Counted from the first letter of the stretch, positions 1 to 10,581 are shown. The stretch: 25,786 nucleotides of DNA from Candidatus Sericytochromatia bacterium (GCA_035285125.1 JAYKHR010000098.1:1-25786), one strand, 5' to 3'. The notes: a model not told the origin generated them from the sequence alone. Program-made: numbers and translations.

Positions 1-85
1 GCCCCTGGGGAGGGGGCGGAGGCTCGCCCGGCGGCTGGCTTCGTGACCCCGTGGGGCTAAGCTGGGCCCCCAGGAGGGCGCGTGG

Positions 86-1756
86 ATGGCAAGCTGGTAC
101 GAGGATGCGGTGTTCTACGAGGTCTCCGTGCGCGCCTTCTGCGACGGCAACGGGGACGGGGTGGGGGACTTCGTCGGCCTGACGCGGCGGCTGCCGTACC
201 TGGCCGAGCTCGGGGTCGACGCCCTGTGGCTGCTGCCGATGTACCCCTCGCCGCTGCGGGACGACGGCTACGACATCGCCGACTTCACGGGCATCCACCC
301 CGAGCTTGGGACGATGGCCGACTTCGAGATGTTCCTCGCGGAGGCCCACCGGCTCGGGCTGCGCGTCGTGGCCGACCTCGTGCTCAACCATACCTCGGAC
401 GCGCACCCGTGGTTCGTGCAGGCCCGGCTCGGGCGCGCCAACCCCTACCACGACTGGTACGTCTGGAGCGACGACCCCACGTGCTTCGCGGAGGCGCGCG
501 TCATCTTCACGGACACGGAGGCCTCCAACTGGGCCTGGGACGCCGAGGCCGGCCGGTACTACTGGCACCGCTTCTTCGCCAGCCAGCCGGACCTCAACTT
601 CGACCACCCCCCCGTCCAGCAGGCGATGCTGGACGTCGCGGCCTTCTGGCTCTCGCGCGGGCTCGACGGCTTCCGCGTGGACGCCGTGCCGTACCTCTTC
701 GAGCGCGAGGGCACCTCGTGCGAGAACCTCCCCGAGACGCACGCCTTCCTGCGCCGGCTGCGGGCCTTCGTGGCGGAGCGCTTCCCCGCCGCCGTGCTGC
801 TCGGCGAGGCCAACCAGCTGCCCGCCGACGTGATGCCCTACTTCGGCACGCCCGAGGCGCCCGAGCTGCACATGGCCTTCCACTTCCCCCTGATGCCGCG
901 GCTGTTCCTGGCCCTCGCGGAGCAGCACCGGGCGGCGCTCGTGGGCGTGCTGGAGGCGACGCCGACGCCGCCCCCCGGCTGCCAGTGGGCGACCTTCCTG
1001 CGCAACCACGACGAGCTGACGCTCGAGATGGTGAGCCCCGAGGAGCGGGAGGCCCTGCTCGCGGCCTACGCGCCGGACCCGCGCATGCGCTGCAACGTGG
1101 GCATCCGGCGCCGGCTCTGGCCCCTGCTCGGCGGCGATCGCCGGCGCGTGGAGCTGCTGCATGCCCTGCTGCTCTCGCTGCCCGGGGCGCCCGTGCTCTA
1201 CTACGGTGACGAGGTCGGGCTGGGCGATGACGTTCGGCGCCCCGACCGCCACGGCGTCCGGCTGCCGATGGCGTGGGACGACGGCCGCAACTTCGGCTTC
1301 TCGGAGGCCCTGCCGAGCCACCTGCGCTGGCCGCACAACCTCGATCCGGGGCCCTACCACCCGCTGGTGGCCAACGCCGCCGCCGCCGAGGCCCACCCCA
1401 CGTCGTTCCTGCACTGGTTGCGCGCGCGTCTGCGCCTGCGTGGGCGGCACCCGGCCCTGCGGCGGGGCGACCTCGGGCTGCTCGCCCCCGAGAACCCGGG
1501 CGTCCTGGCCTTCGTGCGGCGCTGGGAGGCAGACACCGTGCTGGTCGTGGCCAACCTCTCGCCCCACGACCAGCCGGCGACGCTCGCGCTGCCTGACCAC
1601 GTGGGCTGGCAGCCCCTCGCGCTGCCTGGCCTCGTGCCCCTGCCGCGCGTCGGCGAGGGGCCTTACCCGCTCACGCTCGGGCCCCACGGGTGCCTCTGGG
1701 CGCGCCTCGTGGCCCCCGGGGGGCAGGGGCTCAGCGCAGGGCCTCCGCTGGGATGA
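86..1756 (+). CDS. treS: Trehalose synthase / maltose alpha-D-glucosyltransferase (GH13 TreS), 556 aa
   Basis: GH13 motifs DLVLNHTSD, DGFRVDAV (nucleophile Asp), LLGEANQ (acid/base Glu), FLRNHDELTLE; TreS-type YYWHRFF..QPDLN and PSPLRDDGYDIAD. SD AGGAGG at 72-77. 3' end overlaps the convergent gene by 26 nt. Confidence 0.95.
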   Translation: MASWYEDAVFYEVSVRAFCDGNGDGVGDFVGLTRRLPYLAELGVDALWLLPMYPSPLRDDGYDIADFTGIHPELGTMADFEMFLAEAHRLGLRVVADLVLNHTSDAHPWFVQARLGRANPYHDWYVWSDDPTCFAEARVIFTDTEASNWAWDAEAGRYYWHRFFASQPDLNFDHPPVQQAMLDVAAFWLSRGLDGFRVDAVPYLFEREGTSCENLPETHAFLRRLRAFVAERFPAAVLLGEANQLPADVMPYFGTPEAPELHMAFHFPLMPRLFLALAEQHRAALVGVLEATPTPPPGCQWATFLRNHDELTLEMVSPEEREALLAAYAPDPRMRCNVGIRRRLWPLLGGDRRRVELLHALLLSLPGAPVLYYGDEVGLGDDVRRPDRHGVRLPMAWDDGRNFGFSEALPSHLRWPHNLDPGPYHPLVANAAAAEAHPTSFLHWLRARLRLRGRHPALRRGDLGLLAPENPGVLAFVRRWEADTVLVVANLSPHDQPATLALPDHVGWQPLALPGLVPLPRVGEGPYPLTLGPHGCLWARLVAPGGQGLSAGPPLG

Positions 1757-4586
1757 TCCTCACGCTGTTGGAGCGCACGTCGACCACGGCGAGCCGGCCC
1801 TGCGGGTCGACGGCGAGCGCCCCCGCGAGGCCGAGGGCGTCCTCGGCCGCCGGGTCCTTGTGGATCCGGCCGCCAGGGCCCACGATCGTCTCGATCCTGC
1901 CCTGCCTGTCGATGCGTCGGATGCGCGAGGGGATGGGGGGAAGCTCGAGCGACCCCGTCCCGATGACGGTTTCGGCGTCGGCCAGCAGTTGGGCCGCGTT
2001 GGTGCTGCCCCCTTCCGCGACGTACATTGTGCCTGCGGCATCGAAGGCCAGCCCGACGGGCAGCGCCAGCAACGCCTCGGTGGCGAGCTTCCCGGCGTCC
2101 ACCAGCTCCCAGCCGGGCTCCGCCGTCACCATGCGCAGGATCGAAGCTGCCTGGCCCAGCCCCGCGACCGTCTCCACGCGGGGGGCGGCGCTGGAGAGCC
2201 CGACGACGCGGCGCACGCGGCAGCTGCCGATCTCGACGAAGTAGAGGTTGTCAGGCTCGCCGGGCCTGAAGGCCAGCGCGGCGGGCGCCCGCAGGGGCGT
2301 CTCGGTGGCCGGCCCGTCCGGAGCGTCGCCGTCCTGCGCCTTGCTGACGGCGCTGCCCGCGACCAGGTGCACCTGGCCGTCCGCGCCGAGCCGGTGGATC
2401 TGGTGCAGCGTCATGGAGGACCAGTACATCGTGCCGTCCGGCGCGAAGGCCAACCCCGAGGTGCGGGGCAGGGTGACGTCGAAGGGCCCGCGGGTGGCGC
2501 CCGGCAGCAGCGGGGTGGCCTCCCGGCCGCCCGGGGTCAGGGGGCCTGCGACGGTGCGGATGATGCCGTTCGTGCCGATCACCCGGATGCGCTTGGTGTT
2601 CATGTCCGCGACGTACAGCTCGCCCCCGTGGTGGGTGATCGCGCTGGGCGTGTCGAAGTGGGCCGCGGTGGCGGGCCCGCCGTCTCCCTCGAAGCCCCGC
2701 GCCCCGCCGGCGATGGTCTCCAGCACCGTGCCGTTCCAGCGCTTGATGGCATGGCCGCCGCTCTCGGTCACCAGCATGCGCCCTTCGGCGTCGAAGGTGA
2801 CCCAGGTGGGGGTGTTGAAGGTGATGCGGTCGCCGCCGGCTTGCACGGCCTCGGCGTTGCCGGCGATCAGGCGCCAGGCGCCCTCGGGGCTGCGCCTGAA
2901 CACGAGGTTCCGCACGGTGTCGGTGACGTACAGCGTGCCGTCCGCCGCCCGCGCGAGGCCGCCTGGCCGCAGCAGCCCGTCGTCCGTCGGGAGGGGCAGC
3001 GTCGTCGCAACCCCGCCCGCGGTGATGACACGGATGGCCGCCGAGCCCTCGCTGGCCTCGTCCTCCGCCACGTAGGCCGTGCCCTCGGCCGTGACGAGCA
3101 GGCGCCCCTCGTCGACGCGCAGGCCCTGCGCCAGCTGCTGCCAGGACCCGCTGGCCTCGCGGCGGAAGAGCCTGCAGGTGTCCCCCTCGAACTGCAGGAC
3201 GTGCAGGCTGCCGTCCGGGCCGCCGAGGGCCACGTCCTTGACCTGGATCCGGTCGGTGGCGGAGGGTGGCAGGGCGAGGTGCTCGACCTGCCCGTCCGGG
3301 CGGAGCTTCACGAGGCGCGCCGGCGTTTCCTGCACCGCATAGATCGTGCCATCGGCGTCGGTGGCGATGCCGGTGGGGGTGAAGGGCAGGCTGCGGCCAG
3401 GCTGCGGCGCGAAGGGCGCGCCGATGAGGGCGGTCGCCTCGGTCAGGCCCGTGCCGAGCAACTCGTCGAGCGTGCGGCCCGGCGCGATCCGGTACAGCTT
3501 GTGCCGGTTGCGGGCCGCGACGATCACCGCGCCGTCCGGGGCCAGGGCCATCTCCTTGAGGCCGATGAGGTTCTCCCGCACCTCCCCCGCGCGGCCATCG
3601 AGCAGCAGCGCGAGCGTGCCGTCGGGCCGCAGCCGGCGGATGCGGCCGAAGTCCTCCTCGGCGATGAGCAAGGTGCCGTCCCGGTCGAGGAGCAACGAGG
3701 AGGGGTTGTTGAGGGCCACCTGCGTGGCGGCCTTGCCGTCGCCGAGCCCCCCGAGCAGCAGCGCCTTGATGGCCTCGAAGGACGCGGCCACGCCGGGGTC
3801 TTGCTCCCGCAGCCGGTCGGCGAGCGCCACGCTCTCGTCGGGCTGGTAGCTCGGGGCGGCCTCGAGGTGCCGCTGCGCCTCCGCCAGGCGGCGGCGCAGC
3901 GTCTCGGCCTCGTCGGCCGGCAGGCGGTCGAAGGTCTGCTGGTCACCCTTCACGAAGCGCTCCAGCACGTACGAGGCCCCCAGCGTCGAGGCCGTGTCAA
4001 CCGGCACCGTGCGGGTCTTGTCGGCCTGGCGGGCCACGATCGCGAGCAGCTGACCCCCGTTGAACAGCTCCACGCGCAGCAGCAGGTTCTCGTCCGGCAG
4101 CGTCGCCTGGAGGCTGTAAGCGCCCGTGCCGTCGGTCCGCGCCTGCAGCGGCTTGCCGTCCGCCCCGACGAGCTGGCGCCCCGCCGCGTCCTGGACCGTG
4201 ATCAAGGCGTCGGCCAGCCAGGCCTCGCCGGGCCGGAAGGCCTGCGCAAGGGCGTACTTTGCCTTGCCCACCAGGCCGGCGCCGTGGTTGCTGACGAGGG
4301 CGCCCGAGTTGTTGCTGATGACCGCCCCGCCGTTGTCGCTGAGGAGGCCGCCGCTGTTGTCGCTGAGGAGCTTCACCTTGCCCACCAGGGTGGCCGCCGT
4401 GAGGGGCGACTGCGCCACGGCGCGTGTGGCCCCCGGCACGACCTTGGTGCCCGGGATCGGCCCGGCCTTGCCGGGCGCCTTGCGGCCCGGTGCGGCCGTC
4501 GGGGGGCCTGGCTGGGCTGGCGCGCAGGCCGATGCAGCCAGCGTTGCCACCAGCAGGGAGCCGAGCAGCCGTTGGGGCACAGGCAT
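1731..4586 (-). CDS. NHL-repeat beta-propeller lipoprotein, paralog P1 (951 aa; type-A trunk, SDN/SNN octapeptide repeats)
   Basis: Start moved from 4841 to the ATG at 4586 (SD GAGGT; signal MPVPQRLLGSLLVATLAASA-C21). Many NHL blades, e.g. IAGGARGFEGDGGPATAAHFDTPSAIT and LALPVGLAFDAAGTMYVAE. Confidence 0.85.
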   Translation of the reverse strand: MPVPQRLLGSLLVATLAASACAPAQPGPPTAAPGRKAPGKAGPIPGTKVVPGATRAVAQSPLTAATLVGKVKLLSDNSGGLLSDNGGAVISNNSGALVSNHGAGLVGKAKYALAQAFRPGEAWLADALITVQDAAGRQLVGADGKPLQARTDGTGAYSLQATLPDENLLLRVELFNGGQLLAIVARQADKTRTVPVDTASTLGASYVLERFVKGDQQTFDRLPADEAETLRRRLAEAQRHLEAAPSYQPDESVALADRLREQDPGVAASFEAIKALLLGGLGDGKAATQVALNNPSSLLLDRDGTLLIAEEDFGRIRRLRPDGTLALLLDGRAGEVRENLIGLKEMALAPDGAVIVAARNRHKLYRIAPGRTLDELLGTGLTEATALIGAPFAPQPGRSLPFTPTGIATDADGTIYAVQETPARLVKLRPDGQVEHLALPPSATDRIQVKDVALGGPDGSLHVLQFEGDTCRLFRREASGSWQQLAQGLRVDEGRLLVTAEGTAYVAEDEASEGSAAIRVITAGGVATTLPLPTDDGLLRPGGLARAADGTLYVTDTVRNLVFRRSPEGAWRLIAGNAEAVQAGGDRITFNTPTWVTFDAEGRMLVTESGGHAIKRWNGTVLETIAGGARGFEGDGGPATAAHFDTPSAITHHGGELYVADMNTKRIRVIGTNGIIRTVAGPLTPGGREATPLLPGATRGPFDVTLPRTSGLAFAPDGTMYWSSMTLHQIHRLGADGQVHLVAGSAVSKAQDGDAPDGPATETPLRAPAALAFRPGEPDNLYFVEIGSCRVRRVVGLSSAAPRVETVAGLGQAASILRMVTAEPGWELVDAGKLATEALLALPVGLAFDAAGTMYVAEGGSTNAAQLLADAETVIGTGSLELPPIPSRIRRIDRQGRIETIVGPGGRIHKDPAAEDALGLAGALAVDPQGRLAVVDVRSNSVRIIPAEALR
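4275..4370 (-). repeat. Four in-frame octapeptide (24-bp) units in P1: LLSDNSGG LLSDNGGA VISNNSGA LVSNHGAG
   Basis: Read directly from the translation; follows GKVK. Confidence 0.85.
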
Positions 4587-4785
4587 GGGGACCTCGTTCG
4601 GGTGTGGGCCGCCGGCGTCAGGGGGCGGGTCGCGGAGGCGCCTCGGCGGGGCCTGCCGGGCGACGCGGCTGGCCCAGGGGCTGGCTTGGCGTGGAGGTCG
4701 GGTCGAGCGTACGCGGCACGGCGGATCCTCTAGACGGGAGTCCTGGCTGTCATATACCCGTCGGCGGTCCAGGCCTGCGCGACGC

Positions 4786-5982
4786 TCAGATTCTCGCCTC
4801 GACCTCGAGGAAGCGCTCCGTGAGGGCACGAGACGTTGCAAACGCCTCCCCGTCGCCCTGCCGGAGCTGCTCCTCCAGCCGGGCGGCGAGGCGCTCCAGC
4901 TCGGCGATCGCCCGCCGCTGGCCGGCGGTGCCGACTTGCATCGCGACCCCCAGGTGCACCCGCAGCAGCCCGACCTCGCGCTGTGCCTCGGGCGTCTGCC
5001 CGATCCGCATGTACGTGTAGACCGTGGACGCGCTGATGTAGGCCCGCGTGAAGCGCTCCCGCGCGAGCTGCCGCCGGGCGGGGTCGGACAGGGCGGGCGG
5101 CCTGGCCGGGCCCTCGGCCGTGGGCGTCGGGCGCGGCGTGGGGGTGGGCGTCGGGCGCGGCGACAGCAGCGCCGAGAAGCGGATCAGGCCGGTGTTGGTT
5201 GGCAGCGGGGGCACCGACGGAGGCAAGAGGGTGGGGGCCGGCCGTGGGCGACCCCGCTGGGCTCGGCGCGACCCGCCGCCTGACGGCTTGGCCGTGGGCA
5301 TCTCGGTTGCCGGGGCCGTCGGCCGGGCCGTGGGCGTTGGGGCTGCCGTTGGGGCTGCGGTTGGGGCTGGCGAGGGGGGCGGCGTGGGCTCCGTCGTGGG
5401 CTCCACCGCGGGCGTCGGGCGGGACGAGGGGGCGCGCGCGGCCGAGCGTCGCGGGGCTGAGCGGGGTCCCCGGCGCGGGGGGCGCCGGCGCGCGTCGCTG
5501 GTCGGGCTCGGACGGGCCCCTGCCACGGGGGGCGCCGGCTGCAGCACCTCTGACTGCGCGGTGTTGATGTCCTCGAGCAGGTTGCGGGCCTCGCGCAGGC
5601 TGCCGGGGTGCCGCGCGTCGATCAGGCTGCGGACCAGCGCGATCCGCAGCGACACCGGCTCGAGGGCCCGCTGACCCGGGGCCGCGTAGGCCTCTGCCTC
5701 GGCGACGCGCTGCGCCAGCACGCCGGCCGTCGCCTCGGCCGCCAGCCAGTCACCAGCCTCCAGGATGCGCTCGAGCTTGTAGGCCGTGACCAGCACCCGG
5801 TCGAAGGCCTCGAGGAGCCTGTCCTCGTCCGTGACCGAGACGGTGGGCCCGGCGGTGGCTGCCGGTGCGGCCCAGGCCGCTGGCAGCCAGCCCGCCCGGA
5901 CGGCCCCGGGCACCACGCCGCCGGCCAGGCAGCAGGCCACCAGACCGAGGCTCAGGAGGGACAGGCGGGGGGGGGCCATCAC
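4786..5982 (-). CDS. Exported hypothetical protein: two related helical domains joined by a long Pro/Thr/Arg-rich linker (398 aa from GTG 5982; alternative ATG 5979)
   Basis: Hydrophobic N-terminus (LSLLSLGLVACC; possible lipobox LVAC or SPase I site AWA), PTAA/PTPT linker, helical-looking terminal domains. Fills the gap between neighbours. Confidence 0.7.
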   Translation of the reverse strand: MMAPPRLSLLSLGLVACCLAGGVVPGAVRAGWLPAAWAAPAATAGPTVSVTDEDRLLEAFDRVLVTAYKLERILEAGDWLAAEATAGVLAQRVAEAEAYAAPGQRALEPVSLRIALVRSLIDARHPGSLREARNLLEDINTAQSEVLQPAPPVAGARPSPTSDARRRPPRRGPRSAPRRSAARAPSSRPTPAVEPTTEPTPPPSPAPTAAPTAAPTPTARPTAPATEMPTAKPSGGGSRRAQRGRPRPAPTLLPPSVPPLPTNTGLIRFSALLSPRPTPTPTPRPTPTAEGPARPPALSDPARRQLARERFTRAYISASTVYTYMRIGQTPEAQREVGLLRVHLGVAMQVGTAGQRRAIAELERLAARLEEQLRQGDGEAFATSRALTERFLEVEARI

Positions 5983-5988
5983 CCGGCC

Positions 5989-5994
5989 ATTCTA
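5989..5994 (-). promoter_or_regulatory. Candidate -10 hexamer TAGAAT, 6 nt before the GTG start (possible leaderless transcript)
   Basis: Minus strand reads TAGAAT-ggccgg-GTGATG; no SD sequence present. Confidence 0.45.
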
Positions 5995-6039
5995 GGGGTG
6001 AAGCCGTGGTCTCCGCCATGCGTGGGGAGGTGGGACACG

Positions 6040-6324
6040 TCAGCGAGGCTCGCCTTGGACGGCCTCGGCGCGGTCTCGGGCCATGCCCGCGAGGTACTCC
6101 TCGCGCGTGATCGTCCCGTCGCCGTTCCGGTCATAGCGCGCGAACCGGCTCGGGTCGGCCTCCCGGTCGTGCTGGCTGCGGCCGGCGTCGAACTCGTCTT
6201 GGCTCAGCACGCCGTCGTAGTTCACGTCCTGTGCCAGGAAGGTGAACTCGTCCACGGCGCGCGAGGCCTGCTCGTCGTCATGACCGGAGAAGGGCTGGCT
6301 GGAGGGTTCTGGCTGGTCGGACAA
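6040..6324 (-). CDS. Small EF-hand calcium-binding protein (two EF-hands, ~94 aa)
   Basis: Two 12-residue loops DVNYDGVLSQDE and DRNGDGTITREE. Probable TTG start at 6324 preceded by SD AGAGGT; the track start at 6384 has no SD. Confidence 0.75.
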   Translation of the reverse strand: MSDQPEPSSQPFSGHDDEQASRAVDEFTFLAQDVNYDGVLSQDEFDAGRSQHDREADPSRFARYDRNGDGTITREEYLAGMARDRAEAVQGEPR

Positions 6325-6404
6325 GGAGGCACCTCTGGGCGCATGGCTTCTCTCCCTTGTTCCCACCGGGGGGGGCTGCCTCACGGCCCCGGCCAGGCCT
6401 GGCC

Positions 6405-7007
6405 TCAGACGACGGCCACGCCCGCCGCGCGCAGCTCGGCGAGGGCCCGCTCGACGTCACCCGCCGTGAGCTCGACCCCCCGGCAGGCTGCCGTGATGAC
6501 GCGGGTGGCGAAGCCCTCGCTCTGGGCGTCGAGGGCCGTCCACTTCACGCAGTAGTCCGTGGCGAGCCCGACCACCGTCACCGCCTCGACGCCCTGCTCG
6601 CGCAGCCAGGTCGCCAGCCCCGTGTCGGTGCGCCGCCCGTTGTCGTAGAAGCCGCTGTACGAGTCGACGTGGTGCTGCGTGCCCTTCTGGAAGACCCGCG
6701 CGACGCGCGTGACGTCAAGCTCCGGGTGGAACTCGGCGCCGGCCGAGCCCTGCACGCAGTGGTCCGGCCAGAGCACCTGGGTGAGCCCGTGCAGCTCGAC
6801 CACCTCGCCGGGGTTGCGGCCGTCGTGCTGGCTCGCGAAGCTGCCGTGGCTGGCCGGGTGCCAGTCCTGCGTCGCGACCACGAGGTCGTGCGCCAGCTGG
6901 AGGGCGTTGGCGTGCGGCACCACGGCGTGGCCCTCGGTGACGGCGAGCGCCCCACCCGGGCAGAAGTCGTTTTGGATGTCCACGAGGATGAGTGCTGACT
7001 TGCCCAT
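6405..7007 (-). CDS. pncA: Nicotinamidase / pyrazinamidase, 200 aa
   Basis: ALILVDIQNDFCPGGAL, TQDWHP, WPDHCVQ, KG...DSYSGF, GLATDYCV; Asp-Lys-Cys triad and metal ligands present. SD AGGAGG. Confidence 0.96.
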   Translation of the reverse strand: MGKSALILVDIQNDFCPGGALAVTEGHAVVPHANALQLAHDLVVATQDWHPASHGSFASQHDGRNPGEVVELHGLTQVLWPDHCVQGSAGAEFHPELDVTRVARVFQKGTQHHVDSYSGFYDNGRRTDTGLATWLREQGVEAVTVVGLATDYCVKWTALDAQSEGFATRVITAACRGVELTAGDVERALAELRAAGVAVV

Positions 7008-7040
7008 ATCTTCCTCCTGCCCGCGGGGCGGGCTGCTGGC

Positions 7041-9068
7041 TCAGGGGGGGGAGACGGCCTCCGAGGAGGCCGGCACGGCGGCCCGCAACGCGGCGAGCTC
7101 GCGCTCGAAGTTGCCGCTCAGGATCGGGAAGCGGCACCAGGTCTTGGGGTCCAGGTTCTCGTCGTCGAGGTGGAAGCTGGGCGCGTAGCGCTCCCGCTTC
7201 CACTGGTTCTGGCACCACAGGCGGAAGAAGCGCTCCACCCATCGGGCCAGCTGCGGTGCCCCGTAGCGGTCGCCGAAGGCCACGGCCATCAGCTCGTGGA
7301 CCGCCAGCGGCAGCTTCTTGTCGCGGATCGCGGCCCGCTCGATGGCGTCGAGCACGGGGTACGGCATCAGGTCGTCCTCGTCCGTCTGGTGCCGCTCCGC
7401 GGGACGCAGCTCGGCCGTGGGCGCTTGCCGGGTCACCAGCCCCAGCGCGGGCATCGGCGCCACGCCCGCCAGCCCCTCCGCCTCCAGCCGCACCAGCCAG
7501 GCCCGCAGGAAGGCCTTGTCGATGCCGCCGATGGGCGCCAGGCCGCCGGCCGTGTCACCGTCCATGGTGGCGTAGCCCACGGCGGCCTCCGAGCGGTTGC
7601 TGGTGGTGAGCAGCAGCCCCCCTTGGAGGTTGGCGAGCAGCCACACCCCCGGGGCCCGGACCCTGGCCTGGATGTTCTGCAGCGCCACGTCGTCACGCCC
7701 CCAGTCGAGCGGCCGGCCGATTGCCCCCGCGATCATGGCCTTGTAGCCCTCCACCAGGGCATCCACGTCCAGCGCGTGGAAGCAAGCCCCCACCGCCTCG
7801 GCCACGGCCTGCGCGGCCTCCCGCGTGACGGGGCCCGAGTGGCGCGTGGCCTGGTAGGCGCACGTCAGCAGTGCCCCCGTCACGGCCCGGGCATCCCCCG
7901 CGAGCCCCGCGAGCGACGGGAGGTGCGGGAGCTTGGCGAGGTAGGCCTCCCAGCCCAGCTCCTCGGCGCCGAGCACCGTCATCAGGTGCACCAGCACGGC
8001 GCAGGCCGCCGAGTCGGCGCCACCCGAGAGCGAGAGCACGAAGCCGCGCGCGCGGCTCTTGCGCATGTAGTCGAAGAGCCCCAGCGACACGGCCCGGGCG
8101 AACTCCTCGTCCTTGCGGGCCGGGCCCTGCTCCCAGGCCGGGCGCTGGGAGGCGACGCGGGCTGGCTCGGGCGCCGGGGGGGCGAAGGTGAAGGCGGCAT
8201 AGACGAAGGCGTCGTCGGCCTCGGGGCCGAGCGCCGGCCTGAAGCTCGCGCTGCGCCGCTGGGTGAGGCGGGTGGCCTCGAGATCCACCACGGCGCTCGT
8301 GACGTGGACGTCGCGGAAGGTGAAGCGCGGCCCCTCCGCCAGCATCACGCCGCCGGAGGCGACCAGGGCCCCGCCGTCGTAGAGCACGCGGCCGGCCTCG
8401 CAGCCCAGCAGGTTGGCGTAGACGTAGCTGGTCGAGAAGGCGCGGGAGCCCTCCAGCACGAAGCGGCGCCGGATGTCGATCTTGTCGAAGGCGAAGTGGC
8501 TGGCCGACGGGTTGAGGATGACGTCGACGCCGTGCGCCGCGAGGCCCGCGCCGGGCCGCATCGCCACCCAGGCATCCTCGCAGATCTCGAACCCGAGGCG
8601 CAGGCCCCCGAGGTCGAAGCCGAGGTCGCCGAGGGGGTAGGCCACGCCCCCGACCGTCACCGTCGTGCGCACGCCGGCGGGCCATGGCTTGAACCACCGC
8701 GGCTCGTAGTGCAGGCCGTCGCCAGCCAGGTGCCGCTTGGCGACAAAGCCCAGGATCCGCCCGTCGGCGGCCAGGCAGGCCACGTTGAAGATGCCGTTGC
8801 GGTGCACGAGCGGCAGCCCGAACGAGACCGCGAGGCCCTGCGTCTCCGGCAGCAGCTCCGCCAGCACCGCGAGGGCCGTCTCCTGCACGCCAGGGGCATG
8901 GAAGGCGTCCTCGCAGCCGTAGCCCGTGATGCACAGCTCGGGCAGGCACAGCAGCGTCACGCCCTGCGCGCGGGCCTCGGCGATCGCCGCGCGGATGTTC
9001 GCCGCGTTCTGCTCCCAGGCCAGGGGCGTCTGGTTGAGCACCGCCGCCCCCACGCGCAGCCGCGTCAT
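7041..9068 (-). CDS. nadE: Glutamine-dependent NAD+ synthetase (nitrilase-type glutaminase + synthetase domains), 675 aa
   Basis: [24 protein letters not shown] (Glu-Lys-Cys triad); [11 protein letters not shown]-binding loop, [36 protein letters not shown] overlap with the pncB stop. Confidence 0.96.
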   Translation of the reverse strand: MTRLRVGAAVLNQTPLAWEQNAANIRAAIAEARAQGVTLLCLPELCITGYGCEDAFHAPGVQETALAVLAELLPETQGLAVSFGLPLVHRNGIFNVACLAADGRILGFVAKRHLAGDGLHYEPRWFKPWPAGVRTTVTVGGVAYPLGDLGFDLGGLRLGFEICEDAWVAMRPGAGLAAHGVDVILNPSASHFAFDKIDIRRRFVLEGSRAFSTSYVYANLLGCEAGRVLYDGGALVASGGVMLAEGPRFTFRDVHVTSAVVDLEATRLTQRRSASFRPALGPEADDAFVYAAFTFAPPAPEPARVASQRPAWEQGPARKDEEFARAVSLGLFDYMRKSRARGFVLSLSGGADSAACAVLVHLMTVLGAEELGWEAYLAKLPHLPSLAGLAGDARAVTGALLTCAYQATRHSGPVTREAAQAVAEAVGACFHALDVDALVEGYKAMIAGAIGRPLDWGRDDVALQNIQARVRAPGVWLLANLQGGLLLTTSNRSEAAVGYATMDGDTAGGLAPIGGIDKAFLRAWLVRLEAEGLAGVAPMPALGLVTRQAPTAELRPAERHQTDEDDLMPYPVLDAIERAAIRDKKLPLAVHELMAVAFGDRYGAPQLARWVERFFRLWCQNQWKRERYAPSFHLDDENLDPKTWCRFPILSGNFERELAALRAAVPASSEAVSPP

Positions 9069-10552
9069 GCCTTCACCCCCTTCGCCGCCAGCACCAGGTC
9101 GAGCTTGAAGTCGTAGAGCGACTTCTCGACGCCGGCCGGGTAGGCGTGCGGGTTCTCCAGCCGCTTGACGCCCGCGTGGAAGCGCGCGAGCTCGGCCTGG
9201 GCCCGCGCCCGGCTCTCCGTGAGCGCGGGCGGGTCGTAGACGCGCCCGCCCGCGCGGAACACCGGCACGAGCAGGTCTTCGTGGGGCGTGTCCGTCGGGA
9301 TGCGCTTCTGGTGCGTGATCTCGCCAGGGTCGACGATCAGCATGTCGCCCGCGGGGATGCCGCGCGACTCGTCGTAGAGGGCGTCGGCCAGGGCCATGCC
9401 GTCCTGGTAGTAGCGCCGCACCTGCAGCACGCCCGGCGTGCTGATCTTGCTCGGGTTCTCGGAGAGCTTGACCTTGTAGCGCCAGGGCTCACCCGGCCGC
9501 CGCAGGGCGCCGAGCTTGTAGACGCCGCCGAGGGCCGGCTGGTCGTAGGCCGTGGCAAGCTGGGTGCCCACGCCCCACACGTTGATGCGCGCGCCCTGGT
9601 CCTTCAGCGAGCGGATCAGGTGCTCGTTGAGGTCGTTGGAGGCGACGATCGTGGCGTTCGGGAAGCCGGCCTCGTCGAGCAGGCGGCGCGCCTCGATGCT
9701 CAGGTACGCGAGGTCCCCGGAGTCGAGCCGCACCCCGATCATCTCGTGGCCGCGGTCGCGCAGCGCCAGCCCCACCTCGCAGGCCCGGCGCACCCCCTCC
9801 AGCGTGTCGTAGGTGTCGACGAGGAACACGCAGTTGTTGGGCAGGGCCTCGGCGTAGCGCTCGAAGGCCTCGCGCTCCGACTCGAAGCTCATCACCCAGC
9901 TGTGGGCGTGCGTGCCGCGCACGGGGATGCCGTAGAGCTTGCCGGCCAGCACGTTGCTGGTCGCGGCCACGCCGCCCACGAAGGCCGCCCGGGAGGCCGC
10001 GAGACCGCCGTCGATGCCCTGCGCCCGCCGCAAGCCGAACTCCAGCACGGGCTCGCCCTGGGCCGCGAGGCACACGCGCGCGGCCTTGGTGGCCACGAGG
10101 CTCTGGAAGTTCACGATGTTGAGCAGCGCCGTCTCGAGCAGCTGGCACTGGATCAACGGCCCGCGCACCCGCACGAGCGGCTGGTTCGGGAAGACCACCG
10201 TGCCCTCGGGCACGGCGTCGATGTCGCAGGTGAAGCGCATCGCCGCCAGGTGATCGAGGAAGGCGGGCTCGAACAGCGGCGTGCCGTCCGCGCCCACCAG
10301 CGTGCTGAGGTAGGCGAGGTCGTCCGGCTCGAACCGGAAGCGCGCGAGCCAGTCGATCGCCGTGGCGAGGCCCGCGGCCAGCGTGTAGCCGCCGTTGAAG
10401 GGGGGCTTGCGGAAATACAGGTGGAACACGGCCTCGCGCGCGTCCGTGCCCTCCTTCCAGTACCCGTAGGCCATCGTCAGCTGGTAGAGGTCGGTCAGCA
10501 GCGACAGCGACTGGCCGTAGGGGGCAAACGCGGTGTCGGGCGTGGCAGCCAT
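9065..10552 (-). CDS. pncB: Nicotinate phosphoribosyltransferase, 495 aa
   Basis: [26 protein letters not shown] (phospho-His), [35 protein letters not shown]. Confidence 0.96.
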   Translation of the reverse strand: MAATPDTAFAPYGQSLSLLTDLYQLTMAYGYWKEGTDAREAVFHLYFRKPPFNGGYTLAAGLATAIDWLARFRFEPDDLAYLSTLVGADGTPLFEPAFLDHLAAMRFTCDIDAVPEGTVVFPNQPLVRVRGPLIQCQLLETALLNIVNFQSLVATKAARVCLAAQGEPVLEFGLRRAQGIDGGLAASRAAFVGGVAATSNVLAGKLYGIPVRGTHAHSWVMSFESEREAFERYAEALPNNCVFLVDTYDTLEGVRRACEVGLALRDRGHEMIGVRLDSGDLAYLSIEARRLLDEAGFPNATIVASNDLNEHLIRSLKDQGARINVWGVGTQLATAYDQPALGGVYKLGALRRPGEPWRYKVKLSENPSKISTPGVLQVRRYYQDGMALADALYDESRGIPAGDMLIVDPGEITHQKRIPTDTPHEDLLVPVFRAGGRVYDPPALTESRARAQAELARFHAGVKRLENPHAYPAGVEKSLYDFKLDLVLAAKGVKA

Positions 10553-10581
10553 CGGGACCTCCTGTCGGCTGGGGCGGGCCT

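Noticed and set aside
58..63. TAAGCT as a treS -10 element
   Set aside because: Plausible position but no convincing -35 or extended TG, so too weak to call.
1161..4733. Very long + strand ORFs (1161-4733, 7170-9116, 11792-13915, 14542-16383, 19637-23482) and many alternate-frame ORFs
   Set aside because: Antisense or shifted shadows of well-supported genes; expected in very GC-rich DNA with few stop codons; no recognisable motifs.
4587..4841. Upstream start codons in the ORF track for P1 (4841), sugE (10622), RCC1 (14095), P3 (20148) and EF-hand (6384)
   Set aside because: Downstream starts have SD sequences and put the signal peptide or family N-terminus at the start; the extensions are low-complexity and P1's overlaps its neighbour.
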